64,000 nt of DNA, from assembly GCF_001949145.1 (NCBI RefSeq), contig NW_019091359.1, positions 3,202,431 to 3,266,430 on the forward strand, written 5' to 3'. The DNA comes from Acanthaster planci (Eukaryota). Within the stretch, counting starts at the first letter, position 1. Each line of letters begins with the position of its first letter. The notes below the pieces were generated by a model that did not search any database, was not told the origin of the DNA, and worked only from the letters and a program-made list of their open reading frames with translations. Shown one piece after another: positions 1 to 13,919 of the stretch. The position numbers were made by a program, and so were the translations under genes.

Positions 1-1464
1 GTGCATGGAGATTTGAATGTTTTGTAACTTTTGTAAGTGTTTTTCTCAATTTGTCATTGAAAATTGTTTTGGCTGTACAAGACGCCCATCGTCTGAGATT
101 TAACGACCAAAGAATGGGGTTTAAATGTTACGCAAAATTTTGGACATGTAGGCCCACACATATGTAATTTTTTTGTGAACTCATGAGTATAAATAAATAT
201 GCTAATGTGTGTAAATTAAGATCTGATGTAATTTATCATGGGTAACAAATAAATATCTTGATTCTGTAAGAATGAAGTATTTTCTTGGATTTTTAATTTG
301 AATTTCATTGTAAGATGGACAGTTGTTATGGAAACGTTTCCATGCAGCTCTAAATATGTAATGAATGTTCTCCTGGTTGTCCAAAACATTGGAAGTAGTT
401 CTTTCTCATAATATCATTGTAGTGATTTTCATGTTTGGTATATGGTTGTGTATTAACAACGAAAAATACGGAAGATTTTTATTTTAGGATTATATGAAAC
501 TATTTACGTTTGTTCTTGCTCATAAATGATCACTGCAGCCATTTTTTAAATCAAAACTCACAAGTTGTTCTTTTTTATAGCTTCTGCCTAATAAAGGCCT
601 GTTCGGCGATATGATCTTTTCTTCGTTTGCGAACGTTATCATGTGATTCAAGGTGTCCTTTCATCGCAGTGATCATGAGGGTTGATATTGATGACTGAAG
701 TTCATGTAAATGTGATTGTCTCTTGCCATCTAAAATTCAGTGGACACCCGCCCACTGATGAATTAGGAAATTTCCAACAGCATATGCACTGACTAGCTTA
801 CAGAAAAGTCGGCATACCTCAAAATGCGCATGGGCATTTATGGAATACGACAAAAATGAGGAAAGTCACAATGAGAGGATTGGAGTCATAGCAACCTCGA
901 TGCGATAAAACACTTGGCACAGTGCGTTGCGGAGGCTAAAATGAACGAAGACGCACGTATTAAACCAATGTACGGTTACAGACTAATAAAACCAGACCCG
1001 TCGCGGGGGGAGAAACCGCCCCCCCCCAAAAAAAAGCCTGAAGTTAGTGATTGGGGTGACTGTGCTGATACTATAGGTGTCAACTCTCGAACACTATTTC
1101 GTGCACAGCTGAGGATTGGATTCTGTGACTTGTGCACGCATTCTGCTTCGTGTTTAAGCTGTAAGCGCTTGGTCCGTCCTTCCTCAGTGCTTGGCTGACC
1201 AGAACGTCACGTGGGACGGAGAGAACCCCCCCTTCCACCCTTTTGTGTTGGTCGGACCGGAATTTATAAGGAGGATGTGTTAGGTAACAACAGTCTATAG
1301 AGTTTGGACATGTAGGGGGTACCCCTTCGTTCCTTATCTTGGCGGGTATAAGTTGAATAGAAAGCTTGCATTGTAGGTGACGGAAATGCGATTTCTCATC
1401 AGGAAGCAAACACGAGATCAACCGTACACCAGGGGCTGAGAAGTCTGATGATCGATCCACGAAA

Positions 1465-1468
1465 ATGG
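1465..1468 (+). CDS. Candidate upstream first coding exon end (ATG-G) of the arylsulfatase
   Basis: aaaATGG|gtaagc donor at 1469. Joined to the acceptor ttttgcag|gt (exon start 3443) it gives ATG-GGT-ATG-TTT, in frame with the sulfatase. Confidence 0.4.
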
Positions 1469-3444
1469 GTAAGCTCAGTCAGTGCGCGCTCCAAGGGCCA
1501 CTCAGACGGAACATTGAGCAAGGACTATTCTTATTGCTGCATGGACTGATCATGTCTCCGTATACCGAATTGTGTTGCGATGGCGGGTTAGTGTGTGCAT
1601 TATTGACTGGGATACAGAAGGTAAACACAGGGCATTAGTGCTTTGTCTGTCATCATGGCCATTCTGAAACATAATCTTTGTAAACGTTAGCGGGGGAGCC
1701 ATCCTGTTTTGCCAAAGTGTGAATTTTCTTCAGTCCCGAATCCCCCTCATAGACGACGTTGAAAAACTTTTGAAAAAAGGTGAGAGAGTGGTGATTCCAC
1801 CAATAATAATGAAATACTGTCCATTTCTGGAAGGCGTAGGTCTAATGTCAAGCCACCTTTCATTTGAAAAGACAAATTTGCTAGTGGACTAGCGTCGAAA
1901 TGATATCGCAGGCCCTGAGATGGTACCTTTGTGATTCTGTGCCATAGGGCCTACCTTACGAAGCCCCCATCTTCATTTAATTTTCTAATCAACAGTTTTC
2001 GTTTCTTTTGCATGATTAAAATAGGCCTATATAGCCGAACCAAAATGATCTGTAGATGCACATTGTGACCACTGAACCAAGAAGTGAAAATAAATATCTT
2101 AAAATAACCGTCTGTGTTCAGTTTTGTAAGTTCCTAATAGGTACCGGTAAGGCTCAATGAAAATAGCGATTTGGAACGTGTTCTCTGGCTGGAGGGCAGA
2201 TCCAAAACCAAATGGGGGGGGGAGTTTCTTCTGGAATTTCTTCTGTAGCCTTTTATGACATTTCTGAGGGGTGACACCACATGTTTGGCGTTTTAAAACG
2301 CTTTTGCAAGGTAGGGAAATGAAATGGACAAAAGAATCGCCTTGCTATTATTTTTAACAAAAATTTGCTCCTTTGAGGAGGCATAGAACCGATTCCCCCA
2401 TATTCTTGCTGTGGTAGAACCCTCGCTGTGAAAGTTGAACATAACGTGATCTCAGAACATTTTGCGGTTATAAATATACATGTATGAAGTCATTAGTATA
2501 TACCTGAGAATTTTAAATATATAGTTCCCACTATTCTGAAAATGCATGACTTATTTTCTGTTATACGAACTTGTTTAAATGCCTTACCCTTTTAATGTTC
2601 ATTTTTTTGAATGATCGTTTTAGGGAATGTTACATAAAGCATCACTTGCTTATAACACTAGTTTCTTTTATGGATGTAGTGGATTTTAATACGGATGACT
2701 ACAGTGGTATCCAGGGAATCGCTCCAATCAATTTCTTGTCTTCCTTATTCGTGCGTAGAACACCAAACGAGTATCCAAAAGGAAAATACCCTTTTGCTAT
2801 AAAGTACATTTGAAAAGCCAACGCTGATTTCAACTTTTCTGAAGATTAAGTGTGCATCAACATTTTTTGCTGCATAATTAAATCTAAAAAAAAATAAAAT
2901 TAATTTACTCCTCTGATGCAAATCTGTAAGTGCAAATTTAAAAGAAACAATGTACACTGTATTCAGAACAAGGCCAGTTCTAAATACATGTTTCACAAAA
3001 TAGCAAAAAGTGGTAAAGTTAGGCCACACAAGTGGGACCGGCGTCGAATTACACATGTATGTAATCAGAAAATAAGCCGTATATCGGCTTATTTTCTGAT
3101 TTTTTAATTTCTAATACCAGAAGGTACTAATCTCTCAGGTTGGTCTGTAATTAGTATAGGTGGCTTGATGGGACCAGCGATGTATGACGCGGCGTATATA
3201 CGGAGGCAAATTTTAGCGATCGTCACAATTTGTGTAACATTTCTCCATTCCCAATACCATGTCCTCAAGGACCCCTTCGTTCTCAAAAGGGTCTCGAAAA
3301 GTTTCAATTTAAACCGGTTACACAGCTATGTAAACTGGCTATGTAAACACTTTCCTCATTTTAATAAGATCGAAGGCTTATTCCAGCATTTCTGTCTATC
3401 CTAATCTAAATAATCGATTTTTGTGTATGCATTATTTTGCAGGT

Positions 3445-6400
3445 ATGTTTACCATCAGACAACCTAAAGCTAAGCTCCTTTTCTCCATTCTCTGTTTGCT
3501 TGGACTTTTCCTTGTGATCATCGTCAACCCTGTCAACTGCAAACCGCCCAACATCATTTTCATCTTGGCTGATGATTATGGTTTCCGTGACATCGGTTAC
3601 CATGGTTCGGAGATCAAAACGCCCAACCTGGACAAGTTGGCTGCTGAGGGTGTGAAACTAGAGAATTATTACGTTCAGCCCATTTGCACACCAACAAGAA
3701 GCCAGCTTATGAGTGGAAAATACCAGGTAGGTGTAGAATGAGTGAGGGAAATTATTGGAGTTTTGTGCTGAAAATATTGTAAAGAACTACTATAACTGCG
3801 TAATGCTATTTTACTATGGAGAATATTAATGTAGGGGTAGGTGGATTTCCAAGTGAGGTAATCTGATGCCTTAATTAAAATCTATATAACCTTTGACCCA
3901 TTGATTCCCTTTTAGTCGATCATCTATCGAATCAGGAGCAGACCAGGAGAACTTTGATGTCTGTTTTTAGTTGTTGAGCCTTGCATTGCCTTTAGTTGGT
4001 GGGCGGACCCACCTCCAACGGATGCAGCAGAACCGACTGCTACATTAAAGAGTATATGTTTAGTTTGCTATTCGTTATGAGAGCCCGTTAGTGCCATTTT
4101 TTTAAATTGATTTTTAGATTTTTAAATTCTTCTTTTTTTACTTAAAAAGTGTTCTTTGTTTTGTTTTTTTGCTTTATAATTTTTGTATTTTTTTATTAAT
4201 TTTTATTTCTTTTTTTTGGGGGGGTGTATTTTTCGAAACTTTACGATACGAAGGTTTGGTACGTGGGCATTGTCTTTTTTTGGGGGGGAGGCTCTTCCGT
4301 TGTATGTCCTTCTCTGTAGCCGCCGTCGCTTTCTTTGCTCGACTCCCTCTGGGTCTAGTAATCCCAGAAGATGGCACACCGTTTCTCAGCTTACAAGGAG
4401 ACCATTCTGAAGGGATCTCAGGGGTGCACCGCAGCAAATCAGTTCCCATAAACAGCAGTGATAAATCCCCATACTTCACAAATATTTTTCAAAAATACTC
4501 ACAACTCTCACAGGTGTTCAGGCTGCACAGAAAAACGATGTTCGACATGTCTTCTTTCATTCTTCTTTCAATTTTTACTGAGTTGACCAATGAATTTTTG
4601 AGAAATTCTTACCGAGAGCAGACCACCCCTAAAATGAAAGAGATTTTACTGCCCGGATAAGTAGCCATTTTGAAAATGCATTCCTCTGCAAAACGGCTAA
4701 ATAGTGTCACTTTCGGACCTGAGTGCATCCAAACGGCTCAAAATTGGAAGCCCTGAGTCCGGGCCTGAGGTTTAGTGCCACATTTCTTGAATCCTCCAGT
4801 TCCATGGCTCTCAGGACGCTCTAATATAGAATAGTTTGAGTGTATAACTTTTATTCATGAGCTCGGCGGACATATTTCTGGCCCGTTTACGTGAGTGCAC
4901 TCTCAGGTGCCTTCACCGATAACCACAAAGTTGCCCTGAGGTACTCAACTGCCCTTCTATTAAACACGCAACATCAACAATGTCTGTGTGGTGTTTTTGG
5001 CGAAAAAGGCCAAGTTCTGGCAATCTACGGTGTAAGTTACGCTGGCTGAGACTGATATGATTACAAGCAAGAGAAGCAATTATTTCGCCATAATGTAGAT
5101 TCCGTTTGTCCGGAGCTGCAGCAGCCATGATGTCTTCCAAAAATATGAGGGGAAAATGAAGAAAAAAAAATTATATATAAAATATTTAAAAAATAAGTAA
5201 ATAAATAAAATAACCAAAAAATAAGAAAAATAATAATTTTTGCACTAACGGGCTTTCATAATTCGTCAACGTTCTAAATTTTATTGCTTGCTAATGCTCA
5301 TTGCTTCTCTGTTGCATGTGACGCAAAGCAAATTTACCCTTTTCCAGGACTCATTGCTCGTTATTTCAGACGTATTCATTTAATTCTGATCAATTGTCTC
5401 TTTAAAATTCCCAATGACAACCGATGAGAATGAATTTGCTACTGAAGTGCAGTAATGTCAGGTTTTGACCGCGTGTTGGTTCAAATGACGTCTTCCCTGC
5501 ATTGTCATAACCTGTACAGACTTCTTCTTCCCTAGATCCATACTGGGTTGCAACATGGGATTATTTGGCCTGAACAACCCGACTGCTTACCCCTTAATGA
5601 CGTCACTTTGGCCCAGAAACTGAAGGAGTTAGGATATGCCACCCATATTGTGGGCAAATGGCATCTTGGGATTTATAAGAGAGCTTGCTGGCCGACTCGT
5701 CGCGGATTCGATAGTTACTTTGGTAAGGCTCGTTTGTACTTCCACATTTTTTTTATTTTACACGATTTTGTTCTGTTTCTGTTTGATATTTTCATTTAAG
5801 TTTGGTAATGGTGGTATAAATTCTTAAGAAATGTAAGAGTGATCTTTAAGTTGTGCGTTGCGACTGTAGAATCTGTCCTATATTTTTCTAGTAGTCCTCA
5901 AAAACATGACAAACATACAAAGGACTGTAGTGAATCTCCAATCTGAATCACTCTCTCTGCTTGCGGCCCAACTATGCATGTGAAGGTTTTCTGCTTGGAA
6001 GCCAAGACTACTATACCCACACTGCATGGCAAGGATATGATTTTAGGGAGAATGAAATAGTTGCATGGAACTATACTGGTCACTACTCGACCACGGTGTT
6101 TACACAACGAGCGCAAGACATCATTCGTCAGCACAGCCAAACTCCGAATAAGGTAAAATAGGCGGGCACAGGCGATTTACTTTACTATTATGAATTCATT
6201 ATTTGTAAATAACAAAAAGGAAGGTTTAGAAGCCAAGACATCATCGAAATTTTCAAGGTTTGTCTTTCAATCCCAGTGATAAACAAATATGCACAACATG
6301 AATTAACGGGCCAACTTTACAGTAGGTTTAAATTAAATTTAGCGCGAATCAAAAAAAAACCAAAACAAAACAAAACAAAACTAAAAGCAAAAAACAATAT

Positions 6401-7479
6401 CAAACATTGCTTGTGACACTATGAATTATATGTCTGAACTCAAAGTATAGGCTTGTATTTTTTCTTTTTGTAGCCATTTTTTCTCTATCTGCCGTTCCAA
6501 GCTGTTCACTCACCCTTGGAAGTACCAGAGCAGTACATGATTCCATATTCGCACATCCAAGACAAATTTAGGAGGATTTATGCTGGGATGGTGGCGTGTA
6601 TGGATGAAGGGATTGGTAACATCACCCAGACGATGGACCAATTAGGACTCTGGGAAGACACAGTGCTCATCTTTTCAACAGGTTCGTCAATTTTATAGTG
6701 AAGACTGAACTAGCCTTCCCGAAAGGTTGTATGCACGAACTACTGGGGATATAGCAAAAATCACACATGGTAGGTTGAATGTGAAACACAGTGTGGACCT
6801 CTGCACAAAAGAAGTCCAAATAATGCAGGGTACGATAGTGTTGTGTGGACTTGCACACGTCCACACAATGTTTCCCCTCTCTGAAAAACAGTTTCAGAGG
6901 CATTTTGGTGTCAAGGTTACCTGTGGCAAAATGAAGAGAAACAGTCCAGGAAATCGTCATAAAAAATCCACCTCGAAGGAGTCATCCTAGAGGGAGAAAA
7001 AAGGACCTTATTTAACCACAGGAGAACAAAAGAATGTCCACGCTTCGTCTGTAAAACAAGTGTGTTTCTCATCGCATTGTCTGTGAGATCTCATTGCCTG
7101 TATCTTTAAATGAACTGTTATCTTTCTTTTAGATATTGACATCTGTAGCTTACATTTTACTTCGTCGGTCCTGTGACTAGATAGATTTAAGGAGTGAAGG
7201 AAACCATGGTCTCTTGTGTATGGATCGTGGCGCTGTGCAGCACGTGGCGCGTTTAGCCATGAAAGTGCGCCACGAAAGTAAAATGTTTGTTTCTACTGTC
7301 TACATCTTTGGACCTCATCTTATCGTATCAATGATTACTGAGTTCTATAGCTAATTCAATTTTTTCCCATTCCCAACTTTGTCCCTCCAAATAACAACCA
7401 GATAATGGAGGACAAATAGCTGCAGGTGGCAACAATTGGCCCCTTCGTGGGTGGAAAGGAAGTTTGTGGGAAGGCGGTA
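3445..7479 (+). CDS. ARSB: Arylsulfatase B/I/J-like sulfatase; spliced, 3' part runs into the assembly gap
   Basis: Exons 3445-3726, 5536-5722, 5986-6152, 6474-6681 and 7402-7479(gap), all GT-AG with matching phases (0,1,0,1). N-terminal hydrophobic segment, then [10 protein letters not shown], formylglycine motif [46 protein letters not shown] and STDNGG...[15 protein letters not shown]. Orthology within the ARSB/I/J group is not resolved. Confidence 0.93.
4076..5260. mobile_element. Non-autonomous DNA transposon, IS3EU-like (TAT..ATA termini, 6-bp TSD), in an arylsulfatase intron
   Basis: Left TIR TATGAGAGCCCGTTAGTGC; right TIR (reverse complement) TATGAAAGCCCGTTAGTGC. Identical ATTCGT at 4070-4075 and 5261-5266. 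T-rich left and A-rich right subterminal arms. No transposase ORF. Confidence 0.85.
6843..7041 (+). repeat. Dispersed repeat, copy 1 (related to 42407-42613)
   Basis: Collinear shared blocks gtggactt, tttcccct.tctgaaaa, agaggcattttgg, aacagtc.agaaa and gaatgtccac in both copies. Confidence 0.6.
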
Positions 7480-8305
7480 NNNNNNNNNNNNNNNNNNNNN
7501 NNNNNNNNNNNNNNNNNNNNNNNNNNNNNNNNNNNNNNNNNNNNNNNNNNNNNNNNNNNNNNNNNNNNNNNNNNNNNNNNNNNNNNNNNNNNNNNNNNNN
7601 NNNNNNNNNNNNNNNNNNNNNNNNNNNNNNNNNNNNNNNNNNNNNNNNNNNNNNNNNNNNNNNNNNNNNNNNNNNNNNNNNNNNNNNNNNNNNNNNNNNN
7701 NNNNNNNNNNNNNNNNNNNNNNNNNNNNNNNNNNNNNNNNNNNNNNNNNNNNNNNNNNNNNNNNNNNNNNNNNNNNNNNNNNNNNNNNNNNNNNNNNNNN
7801 NNNNNNNNNNNNNNNNNNNNNNNNNNNNNNNNNNNNNNNNNNNNNNNNNNNNNNNNNNNNNNNNNNNNNNNNNNNNNNNNNNNNNNNNNNNNNNNNNNNN
7901 NNNNNNNNNNNNNNNNNNNNNNNNNNNNNNNNNNNNNNNNNNNNNNNNNNNNNNNNNNNNNNNNNNNNNNNNNNNNNNNNNNNNNNNNNNNNNNNNNNNN
8001 NNNNNNNNNNNNNNNNNNNNNNNNNNNNNNNNNNNNNNNNNNNNNNNNNNNNNNNNNNNNNNNNNNNNNNNNNNNNNNNNNNNNNNNNNNNNNNNNNNNN
8101 NNNNNNNNNNNNNNNNNNNNNNNNNNNNNNNNNNNNNNNNNNNNNNNNNNNNNNNNNNNNNNNNNNNNNNNNNNNNNNNNNNNNNNNNNNNNNNNNNNNN
8201 NNNNNNNNNNNNNNNNNNNNNNNNNNNNNNNNNNNNNNNNNNNNNNNNNNNNNNNNNNNNNNNNNNNNNNNNNNNNNNNNNNNNNNNNNNNNNNNNNNNN
8301 NNNNN
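7480..8305. other. Assembly gap (826 N); probably hides the arylsulfatase 3' coding sequence
   Basis: The N run begins inside a sulfatase exon. No further sulfatase motifs were recognised downstream. Confidence 0.95.
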
Positions 8306-9719
8306 AACTTGGACTAACTGGGTTTAGATCTTTATATTGTGTTTTAAAATTTGTTTTAAATTTCATTGTAAATATATAGTCAGAATAGGATGAAATTTTA
8401 GGTGTTTTCAGTCGAATTTTATCAACAGCATTCATTTTCGTTTTAAGACGAACATCGCTGTTCAAACTATTTTGCTCATGCTGCCTATTTTTTTTAGTTA
8501 TTAATTTTCTGGTGTTGAGCTCATGAATAGGGGAAATAGTATCCAAATTCACTGAACACGTATATTATGATCTAATGTGATTTATTGTAGACAATACGTA
8601 GATTTAGATTTGAATCAGACAAGTATGTTCATCTGATTATTTCGAAGTTTTGAGGCGAAAATGTCATGAAACCGTTGTCACGTAACTCTGATATTTGTAT
8701 GAATCGCTCAATCTAGGTGTCTCACTAGTTTTCATTAGGGTCTCCAAAATGTTTTATTGGGTCTAAGTTTGTCGGTCTGCTATTCTGTAATTCCTATGCA
8801 GTAATTTCCATGTTTGGAATGACCATACCTTTTAATCTAAAATTGTTGAGTTTGTTTATAGATTACGAAAAAATGATCACTACAGCCATTTCTCCTCATT
8901 TCAGAATTTGTATTGGTCAATAAACATCATAACATTAAATATTTGTGAAACCGTTCGTCAAATAACATACCACAAGGTACAAATAGGAATTTCCTCTCTG
9001 TCTTGGAGACCTGTCGGCGAACTTTTTTAGGCACAGGCCTTAGTGACCTTAATCTTTCCTAATTAATCTTTAAACCTTTTACCGTTTTTCTGCTTGTGCC
9101 GTCTTTATCTTATTAAATTTTATTTGAAGATGTTAGAGTGCAACTTTAACGATGAATATATTAATTTTTTTCTGTGGCCCTCTGATAATTTTTTTATTAA
9201 AAATTATTTATTCGGATGTGTACTTATAACCACATATTTTGATAAGATGATTCTGATTTCTTTGAGTTTTAGTCGGGCCGAGACCTAAGTGTTATTCAGT
9301 TGTATCATGCATTGTGCTTTAACGGGAGGGAACACTTAGGGGCCCCTATTTTCTGGAGGGAGGGCACTCAGTGTGGGTTTGATCATAACTGAAACACTAA
9401 CTAGGGTTGACTATCACCAGATTTTGTTTTCTTTCTTTAATTTCTGAGCAGGGGTTGGGGGCCACGGGGGGATAGGCATCGATCGAGGGGGTCGTGCCCT
9501 AACCCCCTTAGTTTCGCCACTGTTCCCATAGGAAATTACTCCGTAAACGGGATACTACTTACGTAAATACCATTGTCGTTTCATCTCAACAGGGCCATTT
9601 TTCCATTTGGCGCCCTCTACGCCCGCCCACTTTTTTTCAGCTGATAAAGATTATCTGATTATTAATCAGCAGATTAAGGGATCTGTATGTGGTTTGGGTG
9701 TAGACTAATCCGATTAGAC

Positions 9720-9866
9720 GCCATTACTGTGGCACCGCACTCACACGCATATTCTTCAGCTTGACGCGCGCGTGACTTTAGCAAATCACGACACCCTGTT
9801 GGTTGAAGAGGCATGTAACGCGCGCGTACCACCTGTCCATGAGCGTTGTGCCGCCGCAGTAATGGC
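9720..9866. mobile_element. MITE-like inverted repeat element
   Basis: Ends gccattactgtggcac and gtgccgccgcagtaatggc are imperfectly complementary; inner acgcgcgcgt motifs are also symmetric. Confidence 0.55.
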
Positions 9867-9894
9867 TTCCAATTCTGGCGGTCGAATTACACTA

Positions 9895-10131
9895 TAGGGC
9901 CGTTTTGCAATACTCCGTCGCAGGCTTCAACTGTTTTTTTTTACTTGCTGACTTTGAGGTTGTAAGCGCAGTAGTAAGTCTGATAGTGCCACAAAAGATC
10001 AAGGAAGATGCAGATTAGCAAAACATTAGAGTACTTCAATTTAAGTTAAACGCTTCAGGCCCACAATCGGGGATTAATTTCCTAAACGAAGCCTGAGACG
10101 GAGACAAAGTTGAATATTGGAAAACGGCCTA
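9895..10131. mobile_element. MITE-like element
   Basis: TIRs tagggccgttttgcaata / tattggaaaacggccta, plus an inner symmetric pair ctccgtcgcaggctt / aagcctgagacggag. Confidence 0.6.
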
Positions 10132-13100
10132 GAACAAACTTCCTCTCGTTTAAGCTAATTATTTGCTTATTACCAGGAGTCGTGAAGTTCTGCTCTATCA
10201 CTCATGGTGAACTTTAACCATCGCTTCTCGCCTTGTTCCCGGGCATTTGCACGCTTTCATGCATGCATAAAGCAAGGAATTGATTGGGAGGACAGCATTA
10301 GGAAATGTTAATACAAAGAAATGAAGAGTTATTTCCTGTGAGATTACATGAAGCTGTTCCTAGATAGACTGAGACTTCTCGTGGGGGGGGGGGGACAAAC
10401 GATGACTGCAATGTATGCGCGCGTTCACAACTATCTTAATCATTCCTTGTAGGTACTTATACGCTGTTTGGGCTTTGGAGTTGCGGTGAATCAAAACAGT
10501 TCCAATGAATATAAATGACCACTGTATTCCTCAAGCATTCTGCTTGTGATCTTTGAAGTGTGCTCAAAAAGATATTAAATTTCAAGTTCTTTGAATGACA
10601 GCGTGTGAACAAAGTGAACTGCTTTAATGATTAAAATTTGGCCAGTCACTAAACGGATAATGGAGGGGCTAAAATTATTAGGGGAATTGGTGCAAGGAAA
10701 AACGGGGATCAAACCTGACCCTTTTTTGCTTTTTTTTTATTCTGTATTAAGTGTGGAATACACATAGCAATTAATTTACGCAATTAATCGTGCACAAACA
10801 ATTCAAATCAACAAGAATTCATAATTCAGATTGAACTGACAAGAAAGGAGTATACAGTAGTAATAAAACATCAATACATTGCACTTTAAACACCTCAATC
10901 CTAAACCACAAACAGCAACTGAGTTTGTATATTTTATCCGTATCCGAGATTTTCAGGAGTAGCTTTGGAGAAAGAATGACCTTGGTATTTGGCTACTGTG
11001 TTTGAGAAAAAGTCTAAGATTTAAGGAAAAAGGACTGGCTGAATGTTATTTCCAAACTCCCTTCCTAAGTCAAATCCGCGATAAATATTGTGAGTAGTTT
11101 CACGCCAAAATAGAAAGAGTTTACATTTTCTATAAAGCTGTCTCACACATTGTGTCTGTGATAGACAAAACGAACAATTTTCACGCAGAGGATCTCTCAG
11201 AATAAGTTCATGAGTGTGTGAAATAAGCGCTGGGGTTTATTCTTGTTAGAGCGGCCCAATTAGGAATTCATTCTTGTGAGAGCAGCCCAATTAGGAATTC
11301 GGAGCGATGAAGCTCGTGTGCTTGAATGCTTTGAGGTCTTTGACAACATTGTCGCACACTACAATTGGATGAATGACAATTTGGTGGATGGGACAGAAGC
11401 TTTGATTCCATGACATTAGTTTTGTCGACATCTCGATAAAAATCTGGATTAGTTGCGTAGTGTGGGGTTTTGCTATGATACACCAGGATTACAAATGGGA
11501 TTAAGCGATACCGAGGAAAACTTTACATTGGATGTCCTTCTGAGTAACAGGTGTCTAATCACTCACTTTAGATTGGAAACAAGTATTAAACAATGTTGTT
11601 AGATACAGCGGCAGTACATGCCATGTTGATTTGGGGTGATTGGACTTTGCCAACTGATAAAAATTGACGGGAAAACAAAGCCCACCCTAATGCCGTGTTA
11701 TTGCAAGTATTGCGCAGTTGATATCTTGTTGCAATCAGTCAGCACACCTCGCGTTTACCTTGAGTGGGGGAGTGGGGCTTGATGGAGTTATTATCAATCA
11801 GTGCATTGGTGTATGGTGATATGATTCAATGCCTGGATATCAAAGACAAACTATAGAGGAGAATCGAGGGTAATTGGAGGCATATAGGTCAAAGGGGCGT
11901 GCGGATGGACAATGGCAATTATTGATGGTCAAGGGGGGGTGAGATATTAGTTCGAAGCAAATTGGACGGTCAGATGAAACGACCATGTTGGTGTCTTGAA
12001 GTTCCCTTCATCTATAGGGTAAAATAATGAACCAGCCTTTCAAAAAGATAAAACAGACTTTTTTTACACCTTCAGTGTCCCTGCCAAAGTCACGAAACAA
12101 CGACAGTGAGAATTTTGTGGCAAATGGCAGATCTTAAAGTTCGTGAAAAGCAAAGCGTAGGAAGCTTTGACTAATGGTCGTAAGTTTGCCGAAAAACAAA
12201 TTATGTAAGGAAAACATTCCAAAGAAAAAACTTTCGCTGGTTACGGGGCGTGCGAAGGTCATATAAGGATGTTCTTAACTTATCTCACTCTGTAAGAAAT
12301 CACAATTTCCTTTTTTACTCACTCGGAGTTGTGCCATTTTTAAATGTCAAGCTATCGAGATAAACATCGTTACACCTATTGTCCAGGGTATATCTGTGTG
12401 TTCATGTATCCTAACGAAAGCTGTTTGCAAGGCCAAAGGAAACTGTCTGTTGTTCCTTGCTCCAGTAGTGAAGATATACACGAGAAATAAGGAGCACTGC
12501 CCGCGAGGTTCTCCATTCGGTCAAGGGTCGTAGTCCCGCAATCTGCACTACCGGCCAAACTTCAAGTTGATTGAGAAATAAAAATTTGTATCCATGCATG
12601 CCGAGAGAAGAGAATCTGGATTGCATCAGGCAAACCGCAAGAAGTTGTTGAGAACGAAGTAGCCGCGAGTACATCAAAAATATACGAATAGAAACAGTTT
12701 GGAATTGCACCCTCTGAATCTTGATGGCAAAGGCAAATGTGATTCAGATAAATCCACTGAAACTCCTATAGAGAAAAGAAAGCGGAAAAAAGAGAGAAAT
12801 GAATGATCGTACGCAGTTGCAGTTCAAGCCCAGCCTGGGGCAAAACACAGTTTTCCCAGTGTAAGAAACGAATTGAAGTAATGTTCATTGGAAAATTTCT
12901 TCTTTTTCCCAACAACACGTAAATTATTAAAGATGCAAAGGTTAATGCATTATTCGCATCCACGTCTTGAACTAATCCGGCACTAACGAAGCTATTCAAA
13001 CCCGAGGCGCTGAAAACTCCTTCTAGTTTTGTAGTTTGAAGGAAAACCTGTGATTTTTTTTTATTTTAGAAGATTTGATTCAAGAAAATCCTCCAAGGTA

Positions 13101-13332
13101 TTAAGGCACATTTGCTTTTAGAAGAATCCAACAGCGCAGACCATTCCCAAAAGAATCTGCGCGCGTTTTGAAGAAAATAATCGGATTTCGGTAGGCCCCT
13201 AGATTAACAAACCCTGGTGTAAAAATCTGTCACCTTAAGCTTCTTCAAGTATGAAAACAATTTTGACAATTTAATTGAAGAAAACAACCAGTGAACATCT
13301 TCATGTACCTTTTTATCACATAGCTCAGAACG

Positions 13333-13460
13333 TAAGGCCGTGTCCAAAAGACTTGGCTGCGGCTAGAAATTATGAACGAGTCTATGGTTGTGGCCGTGGC
13401 CACTTCCCATTGAGTCTTGTGTAATTTCAAGCCATAGCCAATTGATTCGGACGCAGCTTA
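13333..13460. mobile_element. Short MITE (related copy at about 24769-24915)
   Basis: Ends taaggccgtgtccaaa..ttggctgcggct and agccatagccaattgattcggacgcagctta are complementary. 24769-24800 (taagccaagtccgaatcaactggctacagct) matches the same terminus. Confidence 0.5.
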
Positions 13461-13919
13461 GACTGTAATATGATTAATGCCTAACTCGTATTAGTGCCCA
13501 TTCGTTGCATAGGCCTATGATCAGTTTTAAGAGCTTTTCTTTTTATATTGCTTGATGAAAATTGTCCACACCGTGCAATTTTGATGACAGAAACATTACT
13601 TATAGGCAGTCCCATCTGTCGTAACGTTTTTAACACTGACAACAAAAACTACTGAATTATCAAGCTGTGCCCTTGTAAAGTCCAAATGATACGCTTCTTC
13701 GAAAGTAACGTCTGGCTAGTCATCGGGCTGTACATTGAGTTATGAAACCATGAATTATAACACTCTAGGGTTCCCATTAAGCTACAGACAGATTTGTGAA
13801 GTATCCTTAAGTTTGTGAAAGGTGCAATTCAGTTACACGCTACATTTCCTCGTAAATATTAATGAGAACAAGTATTTTCTCACGGTAATGCATGTAAAAT
13901 TGAAAAAAAAAAAACACTC

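Noticed and set aside
4169..4660. 163-aa hydrophobic ORF in the arylsulfatase intron
   Set aside because: Lies inside the TIR element. Its hydrophobicity comes from the T-rich arm and it has no transposase motifs.
7356..8552. Long ORFs of 200-400 aa crossing N runs (also at 38790-39483 and 51028-51895)
   Set aside because: Artefacts of translating assembly gaps. Only 7402-7479 is real sulfatase coding sequence.
10900..11600. Possible LINE 3' end (CSFC..C..FW-like stretch on the minus strand) with a 31-bp tandem duplication at about 11239-11300
   Set aside because: Too degenerate to call without a search, and no reverse transcriptase motifs were seen. The same applies to 1-545 and 8306-8890, which share only a roughly 20-bp motif.
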